A stretch of DNA of 20,000 bases from an uncultured virus (IMG/VR IMGVR_UViG_3300027869_000007) (IMGVR_UViG_3300027869_000007); one strand, 5' to 3'. Counted from the stretch's first letter, positions 8,275 through 15,373 are shown. The notes: a model not told the origin generated them from the sequence alone. Numbers and translations are program-made.

Positions 8275-10748
8275 TCGACAAATCAAAAATTTTCGCCTTC
8301 GACACCGAAACTTATAGGTTTTCGCCAGGAAACCTAGCACCGAAAATCGTATGTGCATCGATATCTGAAATCGTCAATGGAAAACCGAAAGGAAAACTTC
8401 TAGTAGTAACAGACAACATTATTCAACGTTTTGAACAGCTCATAGAAGCTGACAGTCTTATTGCGTTTGCTAACGCTCCTTATGACTTGGCAGTTATAGC
8501 ACAAGCATCCCAAGAGCTGCTACCACTTATATTTCGTGCTATAGAAAAAGGTCAAATTCACGACATACTTACAGCAAGAGCGCTTAACGATATTTACGGA
8601 GGTCATTTATTTCTAAATCCGAATATGACCGAATTGAGAAATCCGTCTACTGGTAAAATCACACACCGATATAGCCTTGCTCTTGTTACTCAACTAGTTC
8701 TAGGTAGGACAGACGCTAAGAAGAACGATGCATGGAGAGAGTCTTATGCGCTTCTAGACAATATACCACCTGAAAGATGGTCTGAAGAAGCGAGAGTCTA
8801 TCCTGTAGACGATACCGACAACACACTTGAAGTCGCAATCGCGCAAATTGAAGGAATAGGAAAGCACGATTGGATAGTAGTTCCCGCCTCATCGACAATT
8901 TGCAGGCATTGCGGAGAGACATATAGCTTTGATATCGACGGTTTAGCATGCCTAAAAGCACCCAAGGAACCGCATAAAAATCTCAACAATTTACCGGCGC
9001 AGGTTGAAGCCGATTTTGCAGCGCATCTTGGAGCTTGTCATGGTCTACGAACCGACCCCAAAAGTGTGGAGAAGCTTTCTGCTCTAGTAGAAGAGAAGCA
9101 TGCAATAGCTGTAAAAAGATTCAAGGCAAAGGGCTGGATAAGAGAAGACGGTACCGAAGACCAGTGCGCCGTAAAGAGAGCTGTAGCTATTGCTTATGGC
9201 GCTACAGGCAATTGCTCAAAGTGCGGCGGCAGCGGTAAGGTACAAAAGTCTAAACTGGAAGATTGTCGAGGCATAAAAGAGAAAAACCGATTTAAGGGAT
9301 GCCTTGGTGTCGATTGTGAAGTGTGTTTTGGAAGTCTAAAAGTCGAAAAAATACAAAAGAAACCAGTTACTTGTAAGAATATTTTTGACAAAAATACCGG
9401 TGACATGATCGAGGGAGGATGTGACGGAACAGGGTTAGATTTATCGACAGCTCCGATGCTACCAAGGACTGAAAAGCAAGGTGTTAAAACCGATAGAGAC
9501 GCTTCTATGGAGAGCGGCGATGAAGACATCTCAGATTACGGTGAAAATGAATTTGAAAAATCATTGTCTACCTACGTACCATACCTTCGTAGTGGTATCG
9601 ACAAACCTTTATCCTATAGCCCAAACGTCCTCGTCGCTACCGGTCGCTATTCGTATGAAGGTTCTCCAATGCACCAAATGCCTCGCGACGGTCTTGAGCG
9701 AGAGTGTATAAGAGCACGAGGAGCGTGGTGCGGCTATCCTGAGGAGATGATTTTAGGAGCAACTGATTATCAAGCCGGAGAACTTTGTACGTTAGCACAA
9801 TATTGCTACTGGGTGTTCGGTTACTCGCAGATGAGAGAGATTATCAATCATACCGGGGAACCAGGAATACTACACTCAGATCTAGCAGCTGAGGTTCTCG
9901 GACTATCTCTTCCTGAATTTCTCTCAAGACTTAAAGCTAAAGATAAACAGGCAAAGGATTTTCGATACGCTTCAAAGTCTATCAATTTCGGTCGACCAGG
10001 AGGCATGGGAACTCCTAAGCTTATAATTACAAATAGAAAGAAGAACGCAGGATTTACTTTATGTGAAAACGGTCCTGCAACTAATAAAAAGGGTGAGACG
10101 GGCTATTGGGGAATTCGTTACTGCATTCTAGTAGGAGGAGCTAAGCAGTGTGGGACGGAGAAGATTTTGACATGGAAAGACAGAGCCTGCGCCCCGGTTT
10201 GTGCTACTTGTGCCGAAGTAGTTGAGAATATCCTTACCCCTGCCTATTTTCGCCGCTACCCGGAAGTGAAAGACCTTCACAGGTGGGTTGCCGACAAGAT
10301 AGATCGGGGAGAGCCTTCACCTTGTGCTGTTTGGGACCCAGAAGTCGGTGCGCCGAAGATTGTTCGCCTGAGAGGAGGGTGTGACTTCCCCTCGTTTGCA
10401 AACAACGTCTTTCAGTCCATGCTGTCAGATGTTATCAAGCATGCATACGTAGCGATGACCAAAGAGTGCTATCTTGGCGTAAAGTCTGACGGTTCGCCGT
10501 CGCCGTTGGCAGGATGTAGAATACCTATTGTTATGCATGATGAGCCTTTGTCGGAGCTGATCTTGAGGACAGCACACTTGTCGGCTCCTAGAATTGCAGA
10601 AATCATGATGACTTCTGGACAAACACTAGCTCCTCATGTTAAATGGAAGGCTGAAAGTGCGATAGCTTTTAGGTGGTCAAAAAACATGGAACCCGTTTAC
10701 AATGACGGAATGCTTGTGCCGTGGGAGTCGGAGAAGGTGGCAGCATGA
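8271..10748 (+). CDS. polA: Family A DNA polymerase with a 3'-5' exonuclease domain and Cys-rich insertions
   Basis: ExoI FDTET, ExoII NAPYD, ExoIII YPVDD, TGRYS, motif A DYQAGEL, motif B RYASKSINFG, NNVFQS and motif C MHDE. Confidence 0.92.
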   Translation: MIDKSKIFAFDTETYRFSPGNLAPKIVCASISEIVNGKPKGKLLVVTDNIIQRFEQLIEADSLIAFANAPYDLAVIAQASQELLPLIFRAIEKGQIHDILTARALNDIYGGHLFLNPNMTELRNPSTGKITHRYSLALVTQLVLGRTDAKKNDAWRESYALLDNIPPERWSEEARVYPVDDTDNTLEVAIAQIEGIGKHDWIVVPASSTICRHCGETYSFDIDGLACLKAPKEPHKNLNNLPAQVEADFAAHLGACHGLRTDPKSVEKLSALVEEKHAIAVKRFKAKGWIREDGTEDQCAVKRAVAIAYGATGNCSKCGGSGKVQKSKLEDCRGIKEKNRFKGCLGVDCEVCFGSLKVEKIQKKPVTCKNIFDKNTGDMIEGGCDGTGLDLSTAPMLPRTEKQGVKTDRDASMESGDEDISDYGENEFEKSLSTYVPYLRSGIDKPLSYSPNVLVATGRYSYEGSPMHQMPRDGLERECIRARGAWCGYPEEMILGATDYQAGELCTLAQYCYWVFGYSQMREIINHTGEPGILHSDLAAEVLGLSLPEFLSRLKAKDKQAKDFRYASKSINFGRPGGMGTPKLIITNRKKNAGFTLCENGPATNKKGETGYWGIRYCILVGGAKQCGTEKILTWKDRACAPVCATCAEVVENILTPAYFRRYPEVKDLHRWVADKIDRGEPSPCAVWDPEVGAPKIVRLRGGCDFPSFANNVFQSMLSDVIKHAYVAMTKECYLGVKSDGSPSPLAGCRIPIVMHDEPLSELILRTAHLSAPRIAEIMMTSGQTLAPHVKWKAESAIAFRWSKNMEPVYNDGMLVPWESEKVAA

Positions 10749-10930
10749 TCGAAGTCGATGTCTCAGACTGGAGGCCATGTCCTTTTTGTGAAGGCAGATA
10801 TGGCAAGGACGATACTGGAAAAGCCCTGTGCCATACTATTCCACCTTGTAACGAGTACGTCGACTTTGAGGCGAGAGACTTCTTGGTTTTAGCTAACAGG
10901 GCTGAGGAAAAGGCCAGGAAGATGAATTGA
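10745..10930 (+). CDS. Small Zn-finger-like protein
   Basis: The ATG overlaps the polymerase stop (ATGA); contains CPFC...CH...C. Confidence 0.6.
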   Translation: MIEVDVSDWRPCPFCEGRYGKDDTGKALCHTIPPCNEYVDFEARDFLVLANRAEEKARKMN

Positions 10931-11151
10931 TGTTACGAGAATGGAAAGATCTTACCGACAGAGAGCAAAAAACTGCTCTTGATGTTCTTCACGAAGCGCG
11001 CCAGATGTGGAGCAAGCTGCGTGCTTTTGAGGTCGATCGTGAAGAACTGTTAGAAGTTGCTATTCAGTTCGTGGATAACTCTAGGAGAAAATTTGAAAAA
11101 GGTATCAAAGATAACAGCAAGAAAAACGGCCACAAAAACGGGAAAAAATAA
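10927..11151 (+). CDS. Hypothetical protein
   Basis: 74-aa ORF coupled to the upstream stop codon. Confidence 0.6.
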   Translation: MMLREWKDLTDREQKTALDVLHEARQMWSKLRAFEVDREELLEVAIQFVDNSRRKFEKGIKDNSKKNGHKNGKK

Positions 11152-11362
11152 GGCAGCCAAGCCAGCATGGTACGAACTCTCTCCTAGTTGTAGAGGAGGT
11201 CTTTATAGATTTATGAGGCAGGAGAAAGACAGGCTTTTTTATTTTGATTCAGATGTGGAAGACACCTATCGTGCAGCTTTGGAGGTGTTGAGGTTGGCAG
11301 TGAGCGATGAAAACGTTAAGAACGCTATTGCTAGAGCTGTATTTAACAGGCGTTGGGGTTAA
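11093..11362 (+). CDS. Hypothetical basic protein
   Basis: AGGAG RBS before TTG 11093, in frame with the listed ORF 11057-11362. Confidence 0.55.
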   Translation: MKKVSKITARKTATKTGKNKAAKPAWYELSPSCRGGLYRFMRQEKDRLFYFDSDVEDTYRAALEVLRLAVSDENVKNAIARAVFNRRWG

Positions 11363-11367
11363 AGATA

Positions 11368-11685
11368 ATGTATTGCAACTACTGTGCAAAGCAGACTAAT
11401 AAAACTTGCCGATGCGACAGGTTAATTCGTGGCGAAGATAAAAGTAATCTTGTAACTGAGCAGACTAAGCCTATGGAAGAAAGATCTTTTTTGCCAGTAG
11501 TATGGAACCTAGTACTTGAAGATATGAAACTACGCGATCAAATAGGCAGGCAACGCTACGGTACGCCGTTGCAACCTTTCAACGGACGTGACGCTCTTGT
11601 AGACGCCTATCAGGAAGCACTCGATTTAGTTGTCTATCTGAGACAGGCCATCTGGGAGCGTGATAACAAAAAGGAAACACCGTGA
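11368..11685 (+). CDS. Small all-alpha NTP-pyrophosphatase-like phage protein with an N-terminal Cys motif
   Basis: RDQIGRQRYGTPL...DAYQEALDLVVYL pattern and N-terminal CNYC...CRC. Confidence 0.55.
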   Translation: MYCNYCAKQTNKTCRCDRLIRGEDKSNLVTEQTKPMEERSFLPVVWNLVLEDMKLRDQIGRQRYGTPLQPFNGRDALVDAYQEALDLVVYLRQAIWERDNKKETP

Positions 11686-12194
11686 CAAAAGCACAACTTC
11701 AGGTTCAAGAGTTTCACAGAGAAGTCGTAGGCAGTCCTACTTCGCCAGCAACTCCACAACTACGCGACTCGGAGTTGAGAGCAAGGCTCATTCTTGAAGA
11801 ATCTTTTGAGACAGTCGTAGCCCTGGTAGGAGCCAAAAAAGCGATTTCGCTTATTAAACACGAACTAGATTCGTTACCTAGAACGAGCAGCAAACCGAGT
11901 TTGATTGAGACGATAGACGGTCTGTGTGATTTGTGGTATGTGTTACTTGGAACCGCAGAGACTATAGGAATCGATCTTGAGCCGTTCATGGACGAGGTTC
12001 ACCGATCGAACATGCTAAAGAAAGGTGCCGGTGTAGACAAGTACGGAAAGCAGTTGAAACCAAAGGGATGGAAGCCGCCTGATATTGCCGGGGTGCTTTG
12101 TGCTTATCTTGCAGGTATCGGACCTCTGATGGGCCAATGGCCAGGAGAGGAGAGCGACGACGAAGTTTTCGACGCTCTTGAGAATGATGACTGA
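11682..12194 (+). CDS. MazG-like / PRA-PH (DR2231-like) nucleoside triphosphate pyrophosphohydrolase
   Basis: Motifs VQEFH, LRARLILEESFE, ETIDGLCDLWYVLLG, EVHRSNMLK and GKQLKPKGWKPPDI. Confidence 0.85.
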   Translation: MTKAQLQVQEFHREVVGSPTSPATPQLRDSELRARLILEESFETVVALVGAKKAISLIKHELDSLPRTSSKPSLIETIDGLCDLWYVLLGTAETIGIDLEPFMDEVHRSNMLKKGAGVDKYGKQLKPKGWKPPDIAGVLCAYLAGIGPLMGQWPGEESDDEVFDALENDD

Positions 12195-12714
12195 CACTCT
12201 AGCGGTAGACCCAGGAATCCGTGGATGCGGAGTAGCTCTATTTATAGAGGGCAAACTTTTAGAAGCAACTTATATAAAAAACCCTGTTAAAAAAGGCAAT
12301 GACCCCGAAGTAAGCGCAAATATGGCTTACGAAGTTTTTGCCTGGTATTGCACTCAGATAGAAAAGTTTCCGGTTATCGATATAGAGCTGTTGTTAGAAA
12401 AACAGCAGACATATGGAGGTAAGGCAGCCAGAGGCGATGCTAATGATTTATTTCCTTTAGCTGCAATAAACGGAGCGTTGGTTGCTTATATTAAGTCGCG
12501 TCGAACGATTTCTTATTTCCCTCGTGAGTGGAAGGGGAATGTAAACGCTGATATTATGATAGAGCGAATTAAAAGCAGGCTTACTACTGAAGAAATGTCG
12601 ACGGTGATGTTGACGTCCGCGAAAAGCCTGCATCACAATATTTGGGATGCTGTTGGTATAGGTCTATATCATTTATGTCGGTTAGAGAAGACGAGAATAA
12701 TCCATAGGGAGTAA
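12184..12714 (+). CDS. RuvC-like Holliday junction resolvase (RNase H fold)
   Basis: Motifs LAVDPGIRGCGVA, LLEKQ, PREWKG and HNIWDAVGIG. Confidence 0.8.
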   Translation: MMTDTLAVDPGIRGCGVALFIEGKLLEATYIKNPVKKGNDPEVSANMAYEVFAWYCTQIEKFPVIDIELLLEKQQTYGGKAARGDANDLFPLAAINGALVAYIKSRRTISYFPREWKGNVNADIMIERIKSRLTTEEMSTVMLTSAKSLHHNIWDAVGIGLYHLCRLEKTRIIHRE

Positions 12715-12718
12715 GATC

Positions 12719-12895
12719 TTGTCCAATAAGGAAAAGGCTGGGTATATTTTTTGGATATTTATTTCTTTATTGGCAGGACTACTTAATATAGCAGGTGAAG
12801 GAACATTTTCTAAAGTTGTAGCCGCATTAGGCTTTTTTCAAACAGGAACATGGGTCATGTTAGCGGCCGTAACTTACCGCGACTCTAAAAAATAA
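12719..12895 (+). CDS. Small membrane protein (58 aa, two hydrophobic segments); not in the ORF track
   Basis: AGGGAG RBS and TTG start; translates to MSNKEKAGYIFWIFISLLAGLLNIAGEGTFSKVVAALGFFQTGTWVMLAAVTYRDSKK. Confidence 0.6.
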   Translation: MSNKEKAGYIFWIFISLLAGLLNIAGEGTFSKVVAALGFFQTGTWVMLAAVTYRDSKK

Positions 12896-12897
12896 AT

Positions 12898-12926
12898 TTG
12901 ACATTAAAATGCTTGTTAGGCATACT
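12898..12926 (+). promoter_or_regulatory. Sigma70-type promoter of the tRNA array
   Basis: TTGACA (12898-12903), a 17-bp spacer and CATACT (12921-12926); expected start site near G12933. Confidence 0.8.
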
Positions 12927-12929
12927 AAT

Positions 12930-13046
12930 ATGGTGACGATCAGAACGAAAAAGGCACAGCCGAGACACTTGGACGCGTCGCGCGTCATATGGGGATATAG
13001 CGGCCACCCCTTGATCAAGTTTAATTGGGAGGCTGCCAGACCCTAG
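12930..13046 (+). CDS. Putative attenuator leader peptide (38 aa from ATG 12930, or 37 aa leaderless from GTG 12933)
   Basis: MVTIRTKKAQPRHLDASRVIWGYSGHPLIKFNWEAARP followed by tandem TAG TAG. The ORF starts at the predicted transcription start and ends inside the antiterminator arm. Confidence 0.6.
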   Translation: MVTIRTKKAQPRHLDASRVIWGYSGHPLIKFNWEAARP

Positions 13047-13106
13047 TAGAACCTAAATAGGGAAAACTAGAGGTCGGGCGAGACGAAAGTTCTCCCGGCC
13101 TTTTTT
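13000..13106 (+). terminator. Attenuator: alternative hairpins ending in an intrinsic terminator
   Basis: Terminator AGGTCGGG...GAAA...CCCGGCCT plus a T run (13071-13106). A competing helix pairs 13035-13047 with 13066-13079, and an upstream hairpin spans 13000-13036. Confidence 0.7.
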
Positions 13107-13112
13107 GTTTTC

Positions 13113-13182
13113 GGGTCGTCCTCTGGGAGGACGTTGGTTTCCAAAACCGACTAGCAGGGTTCGATTCCTTGACGACCCGCCA
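13113..13182 (+). tRNA. tRNA-Trp(CCA), short atypical D arm
   Basis: Acceptor GGGTCGT/ACGACCC, G73, encoded CCA, loop TT-CCA-AA, T loop TTCGATT. Confidence 0.8.
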
Positions 13183-13234
13183 TAACAGTGTGAAAAAATA
13201 GGTGTTTTACGAATTTTGTTGACTGATAAGTGAC

Positions 13235-13319
13235 GGGGTGATAGACCACTAGAGAGGTGGGGCTAGCTGTAAACTAGTCGTTCTTTTGAGCCAACCGAGT
13301 GCGACTCTCGGGCACCCCA
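13235..13319 (+). tRNA. tRNA-Tyr(GTA)
   Basis: GGGGTG/CACCCC acceptor, GCTAG-CT-GTA-AA-CTAGT, long variable arm, T loop TGCGACT. Confidence 0.8.
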
Positions 13320-13375
13320 CCTAGCTTGGCGAGTCTTAGTAGCGAAACGCGAACGGCCGTGTAGCCAAGAAGTAG

Positions 13376-13396
13376 TTGATTTTGAAAACAAAATAG
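13376..13396 (+). promoter_or_regulatory. boxA-like antitermination element
   Basis: TTGATTTTGAAAACAAAATAG resembles the rrn leader/spacer boxA (TCTTTGAAAAC). Confidence 0.5.
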
Positions 13397-13437
13397 TCGA
13401 CGACGAAAACAGACCTTGGTCTATATCAAGGTCTTAT

Positions 13438-13510
13438 GCGTGTGTGATGTTTAACGGTAGCATGACGGTCTTCCAAGCCGCCTGTAGGAGTTCGAATCTC
13501 CTCACACGCT
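13438..13510 (+). tRNA. tRNA-Gly(TCC)
   Basis: GCGTGTG/CACACGC acceptor, U73, loop CT-TCC-AA. Confidence 0.88.
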
Positions 13511-13514
13511 CTAT

Positions 13515-13585
13515 TCCGGTGTCGTCTAATGGTAAGGCGCAGGTCTTTGAATCCTGCTATAGTGGTTCGATCCCACTCGCCGGAA
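13515..13585 (+). tRNA. tRNA-Gln(TTG)
   Basis: TCCGGTG/CGCCGGA acceptor, loop CT-TTG-AA. Confidence 0.88.
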
Positions 13586-13594
13586 CTTTGTTTC

Positions 13595-13668
13595 TCGGGG
13601 ATCGTCTAACGGTAGGACGATAGATTCTGAATCTATCTATCAAGGTTCGAATCCTTGTCCCCGAACCA
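13595..13668 (+). tRNA. tRNA-Gln(CTG)
   Basis: TCGGGGA/TCCCCGA acceptor, ATAGA-TT-CTG-AA-TCTAT, encoded CCA. Confidence 0.92.
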
Positions 13669-13669
13669 C

Positions 13670-13744
13670 GCCTGTGTAGCACAATGGTAGTGCAGCGGTT
13701 TTGTAAACCGAAGGTTGGAGGTTCAAATCCTCTCGCAGGCTCCA
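13670..13744 (+). tRNA. tRNA-Thr(TGT)
   Basis: GCCTGTG/CGCAGGC acceptor, loop TT-TGT-AA, encoded CCA. Confidence 0.92.
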
Positions 13745-13755
13745 ACTCGCTTTAT

Positions 13756-13830
13756 TCCAGCGTATCATAATGGAAATGAACCCGACTGTTAATCGGGGAT
13801 ATGTACGTTCGAGTCGTGCCGCTGGAGCCA
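13756..13830 (+). tRNA. tRNA-Asn(GTT)
   Basis: TCCAGCG/CGCTGGA acceptor, G73, CCCGA-CT-GTT-AA-TCGGG, encoded CCA. Confidence 0.92.
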
Positions 13831-13831
13831 T

Positions 13832-13905
13832 GGCGCCATCGTACAATGGCAGTACCACGGTTTTTCACACCGTTTACGAGAGTTCGATTCTCTCTGGCGT
13901 CACCA
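13832..13905 (+). tRNA. tRNA-Glu(TTC)
   Basis: GGCGCCA/TGGCGTC acceptor, ACGGT-TT-TTC-AC-ACCGT, encoded CCA. Confidence 0.9.
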
Positions 13906-13908
13906 TTT

Positions 13909-13983
13909 CCGAGTGTAAGTCAGCAGCAGACGGCATGCTTTGGGAGCATGCAGCCGGGGGTGCAAGTCCCTCCACTCGGACCA
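13909..13983 (+). tRNA. tRNA-Pro(TGG)
   Basis: CCGAGTG/CACTCGG acceptor, CATGC-TT-TGG-GA-GCATG, A73, encoded CCA. Confidence 0.88.
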
Positions 13984-13992
13984 ATTTAAAAT

Positions 13993-14067
13993 CCGCCGTT
14001 AGTTCAATGGGAGAACGCTTTCCTGATTAGAGAGAGGTTGAAAGTTCGACTCTTTCACGGCGGACCA
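13993..14067 (+). tRNA. tRNA-Ile(GAT), unusual U37
   Basis: CCGCCGT/ACGGCGG acceptor, loop CT-GAT-TA, encoded CCA. Confidence 0.85.
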
Positions 14068-14082
14068 AGATAGGAGAACGTC

Positions 14083-14559
14083 ATGGCTAGGAGAAGCATC
14101 GCAAAGACCGCGATTGAGGGCGGTCGTCACGGTACCTGTCGTTCTGCAGAAGATGAAGCAGACCGTCGCGAGCGACGTGCCTGGAGGGACTACTGCCGCC
14201 GCGCCTCCTATGATTTTGATGTCGAGGACCCTGCCGGAGTGTCTTTTGCTGCACCGTACGAGACTGGTCGGCAATACCGCGAGTTTGATGACAAACTGAA
14301 GCCTGTCAAACGCTGGCTCGAATCTCAGGTAGGGAGACCTTGGGACCACATTAAAAGTGATGTGGTAGCGCTATTCGATAATCGTACTACGGCCGGGCGA
14401 CACATTATTGAACACGTGAAGTGTTTTGTGTCGCTTCCTACAGATCAGCATAGATACAACCCATATCCACCCTACCCAGGTAAGTTGTATGTTGATGAGC
14501 ACGGCGTGTTGCGACAGGCACCTTGGATGTCACGTAAGAAATGGTATGCATCTAGGTGA
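14083..14559 (+). CDS. Basic hypothetical protein embedded in the tRNA array
   Basis: AGGAG RBS; 158 aa with AIEGGR, DKLKPVKRWLESQVGRPW, RTTAGRHI and LYVDEHGVLR motifs. Confidence 0.8.
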   Translation: MARRSIAKTAIEGGRHGTCRSAEDEADRRERRAWRDYCRRASYDFDVEDPAGVSFAAPYETGRQYREFDDKLKPVKRWLESQVGRPWDHIKSDVVALFDNRTTAGRHIIEHVKCFVSLPTDQHRYNPYPPYPGKLYVDEHGVLRQAPWMSRKKWYASR

Positions 14560-14562
14560 TAT

Positions 14563-14639
14563 GGTGACGTTGGTGTAGCGGCACTGCACGTTTGCCTGTG
14601 GAGCAAAAGGTATGGGATCGACACCCATACGTCACCCCA
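14563..14639 (+). tRNA. tRNA-His(GTG)
   Basis: G-1:C73 pair, GTGACGT/ACGTCAC acceptor, TTTGC-CT-GTG-GA-GCAAA, encoded CCA. Confidence 0.9.
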
Positions 14640-14641
14640 AC

Positions 14642-14717
14642 GCACGCGAGGTTCCCTGGAGGGAACGCCGTCCTGTCACGACGGAGTGGACGGGTTCGAT
14701 TCCCGTCGCGTGCGCCA
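14642..14717 (+). tRNA. tRNA-Asp(GTC)
   Basis: GCACGCG/CGCGTGC acceptor, G73, CCGTC-CT-GTC-AC-GACGG, encoded CCA. Confidence 0.9.
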
Positions 14718-14718
14718 C

Positions 14719-14789
14719 GCCCCGGCAGCTCGAAGGTCGAGCGTCCCGCTGAAAATGGGAAGGTGAAGGTCCAATTCCTTCCTGGGGCA
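14719..14789 (+). tRNA. tRNA-Phe(GAA)
   Basis: GCCCCGG/CTGGGGC acceptor, loop CT-GAA-AA, T loop TCCAATT. Confidence 0.85.
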
Positions 14790-14794
14790 CAAAC

Positions 14795-14866
14795 GGGAAG
14801 CCCGCTGAAGCGGAAGACTGGTTTGCAACCAGACTGTGAAGGGTTTGATTCCCTTGCTTTCCACCA
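14795..14866 (+). tRNA. tRNA-Ala(TGC), atypical D arm
   Basis: GGGAAGC/GCTTTCC acceptor gives the G3:U70 Ala determinant; A73, loop TT-TGC-AA, encoded CCA. Confidence 0.8.
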
Positions 14867-14869
14867 TAT

Positions 14870-14942
14870 ACGCGTATAGCTCAATTGGAAGAGCACTCGG
14901 CTACGAACCGAGAGGCTGTGGGTCCGAGTCCCTCTACGCGTA
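14870..14942 (+). tRNA. tRNA-Arg(ACG)
   Basis: ACGCGTA/TACGCGT acceptor, CTCGG-CT-ACG-AA-CCGAG. Confidence 0.88.
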
Positions 14943-14947
14943 CTATT

Positions 14948-15023
14948 GTCCTCGTAGCTCAACTGGAAGAGCAAGCGCGTCCTAAGCGCGAGGTTGCGGG
15001 TTCAAATCCCGCCGAGGATACCA
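14948..15023 (+). tRNA. tRNA-Arg(CCT)
   Basis: GTCCTCG/CGAGGAT acceptor, loop GT-CCT-AA, encoded CCA. Confidence 0.88.
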
Positions 15024-15048
15024 TGCGACAGGCACTTGAGCCGAGTCC

Positions 15049-15122
15049 GGCGCCATAGTACAATGGTAGTACCACGGTTTTACACACCGTTTACGCGAGT
15101 TCGATTCTCGCTGGCGTCACCA
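15049..15122 (+). tRNA. tRNA-Val(TAC), near-identical paralogue of tRNA-Glu(TTC)
   Basis: ACGGT-TT-TAC-AC-ACCGT, A73, encoded CCA; differs from 13832-13905 at five positions. Confidence 0.85.
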
Positions 15123-15125
15123 TTT

Positions 15126-15147
15126 CCGAGTGTAAGCCATCGGACCA
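15126..15147 (+). pseudogene. Internally deleted copy of tRNA-Pro
   Basis: CCGAGTGTAAG (5' end of tRNA-Pro) is joined to TCGGACCA (its 3' end), with the same TTT spacer after the upstream tRNA. Confidence 0.75.
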
Positions 15148-15152
15148 ATCGG

Positions 15153-15212
15153 CATTGACAAACGACTTTGACAAACAACATTGACAAACAACAACGATAA
15201 ACAACAATGATA
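15153..15212. repeat. 13-bp degenerate tandem repeat (about 4.5 copies)
   Basis: CATTGACAAACGA / CTTTGACAAACAA / CATTGACAAACAA / CAACGATAAACAA / CAATGATA. Confidence 0.85.
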
Positions 15213-15373
15213 CTGACCTATAAATATCGTCTAAAAGGTAAGCGTACTATTAGGCAGCTAAAGCAATTTGCTTTCGCGTTGAGGACAAGCTACTAGCTCC
15301 TGACGTAGCCGTAGGCATAGACTTAGGTCTAAAGAGCCTTGCAACTCTCAGCAACGGCGAAAAAATCGACAAT
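15207..15373 (+). pseudogene. tnpB: IS200/IS605 TnpB relic with a large internal deletion
   Basis: N-terminus MILTYKYRLKGKRTIRQL, then in another frame the RuvC-I motif AVGIDLGLKSLATLSNGEKIDN. Confidence 0.8.

Noticed and set aside
9200..9440. Intein in the polymerase or RtcB
   Set aside because: The insertions are short Cys-rich modules with no His-Asn splice junction or homing endonuclease motifs.
13219..13247. Internal promoter TTGACT-17-TAGACC
   Set aside because: The -10 box is poor and lies inside tRNA-Tyr.
14795..14866. Reading this tRNA as Cys(GCA)
   Set aside because: The 7-nt loop centres on TGC, and the acceptor has G3:U70 and A73, which indicate Ala.
15024..15035. 12-bp match TGCGACAGGCAC to 14510-14521
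   Set aside because: It is too short to separate from chance, though it may be debris of the local duplication.
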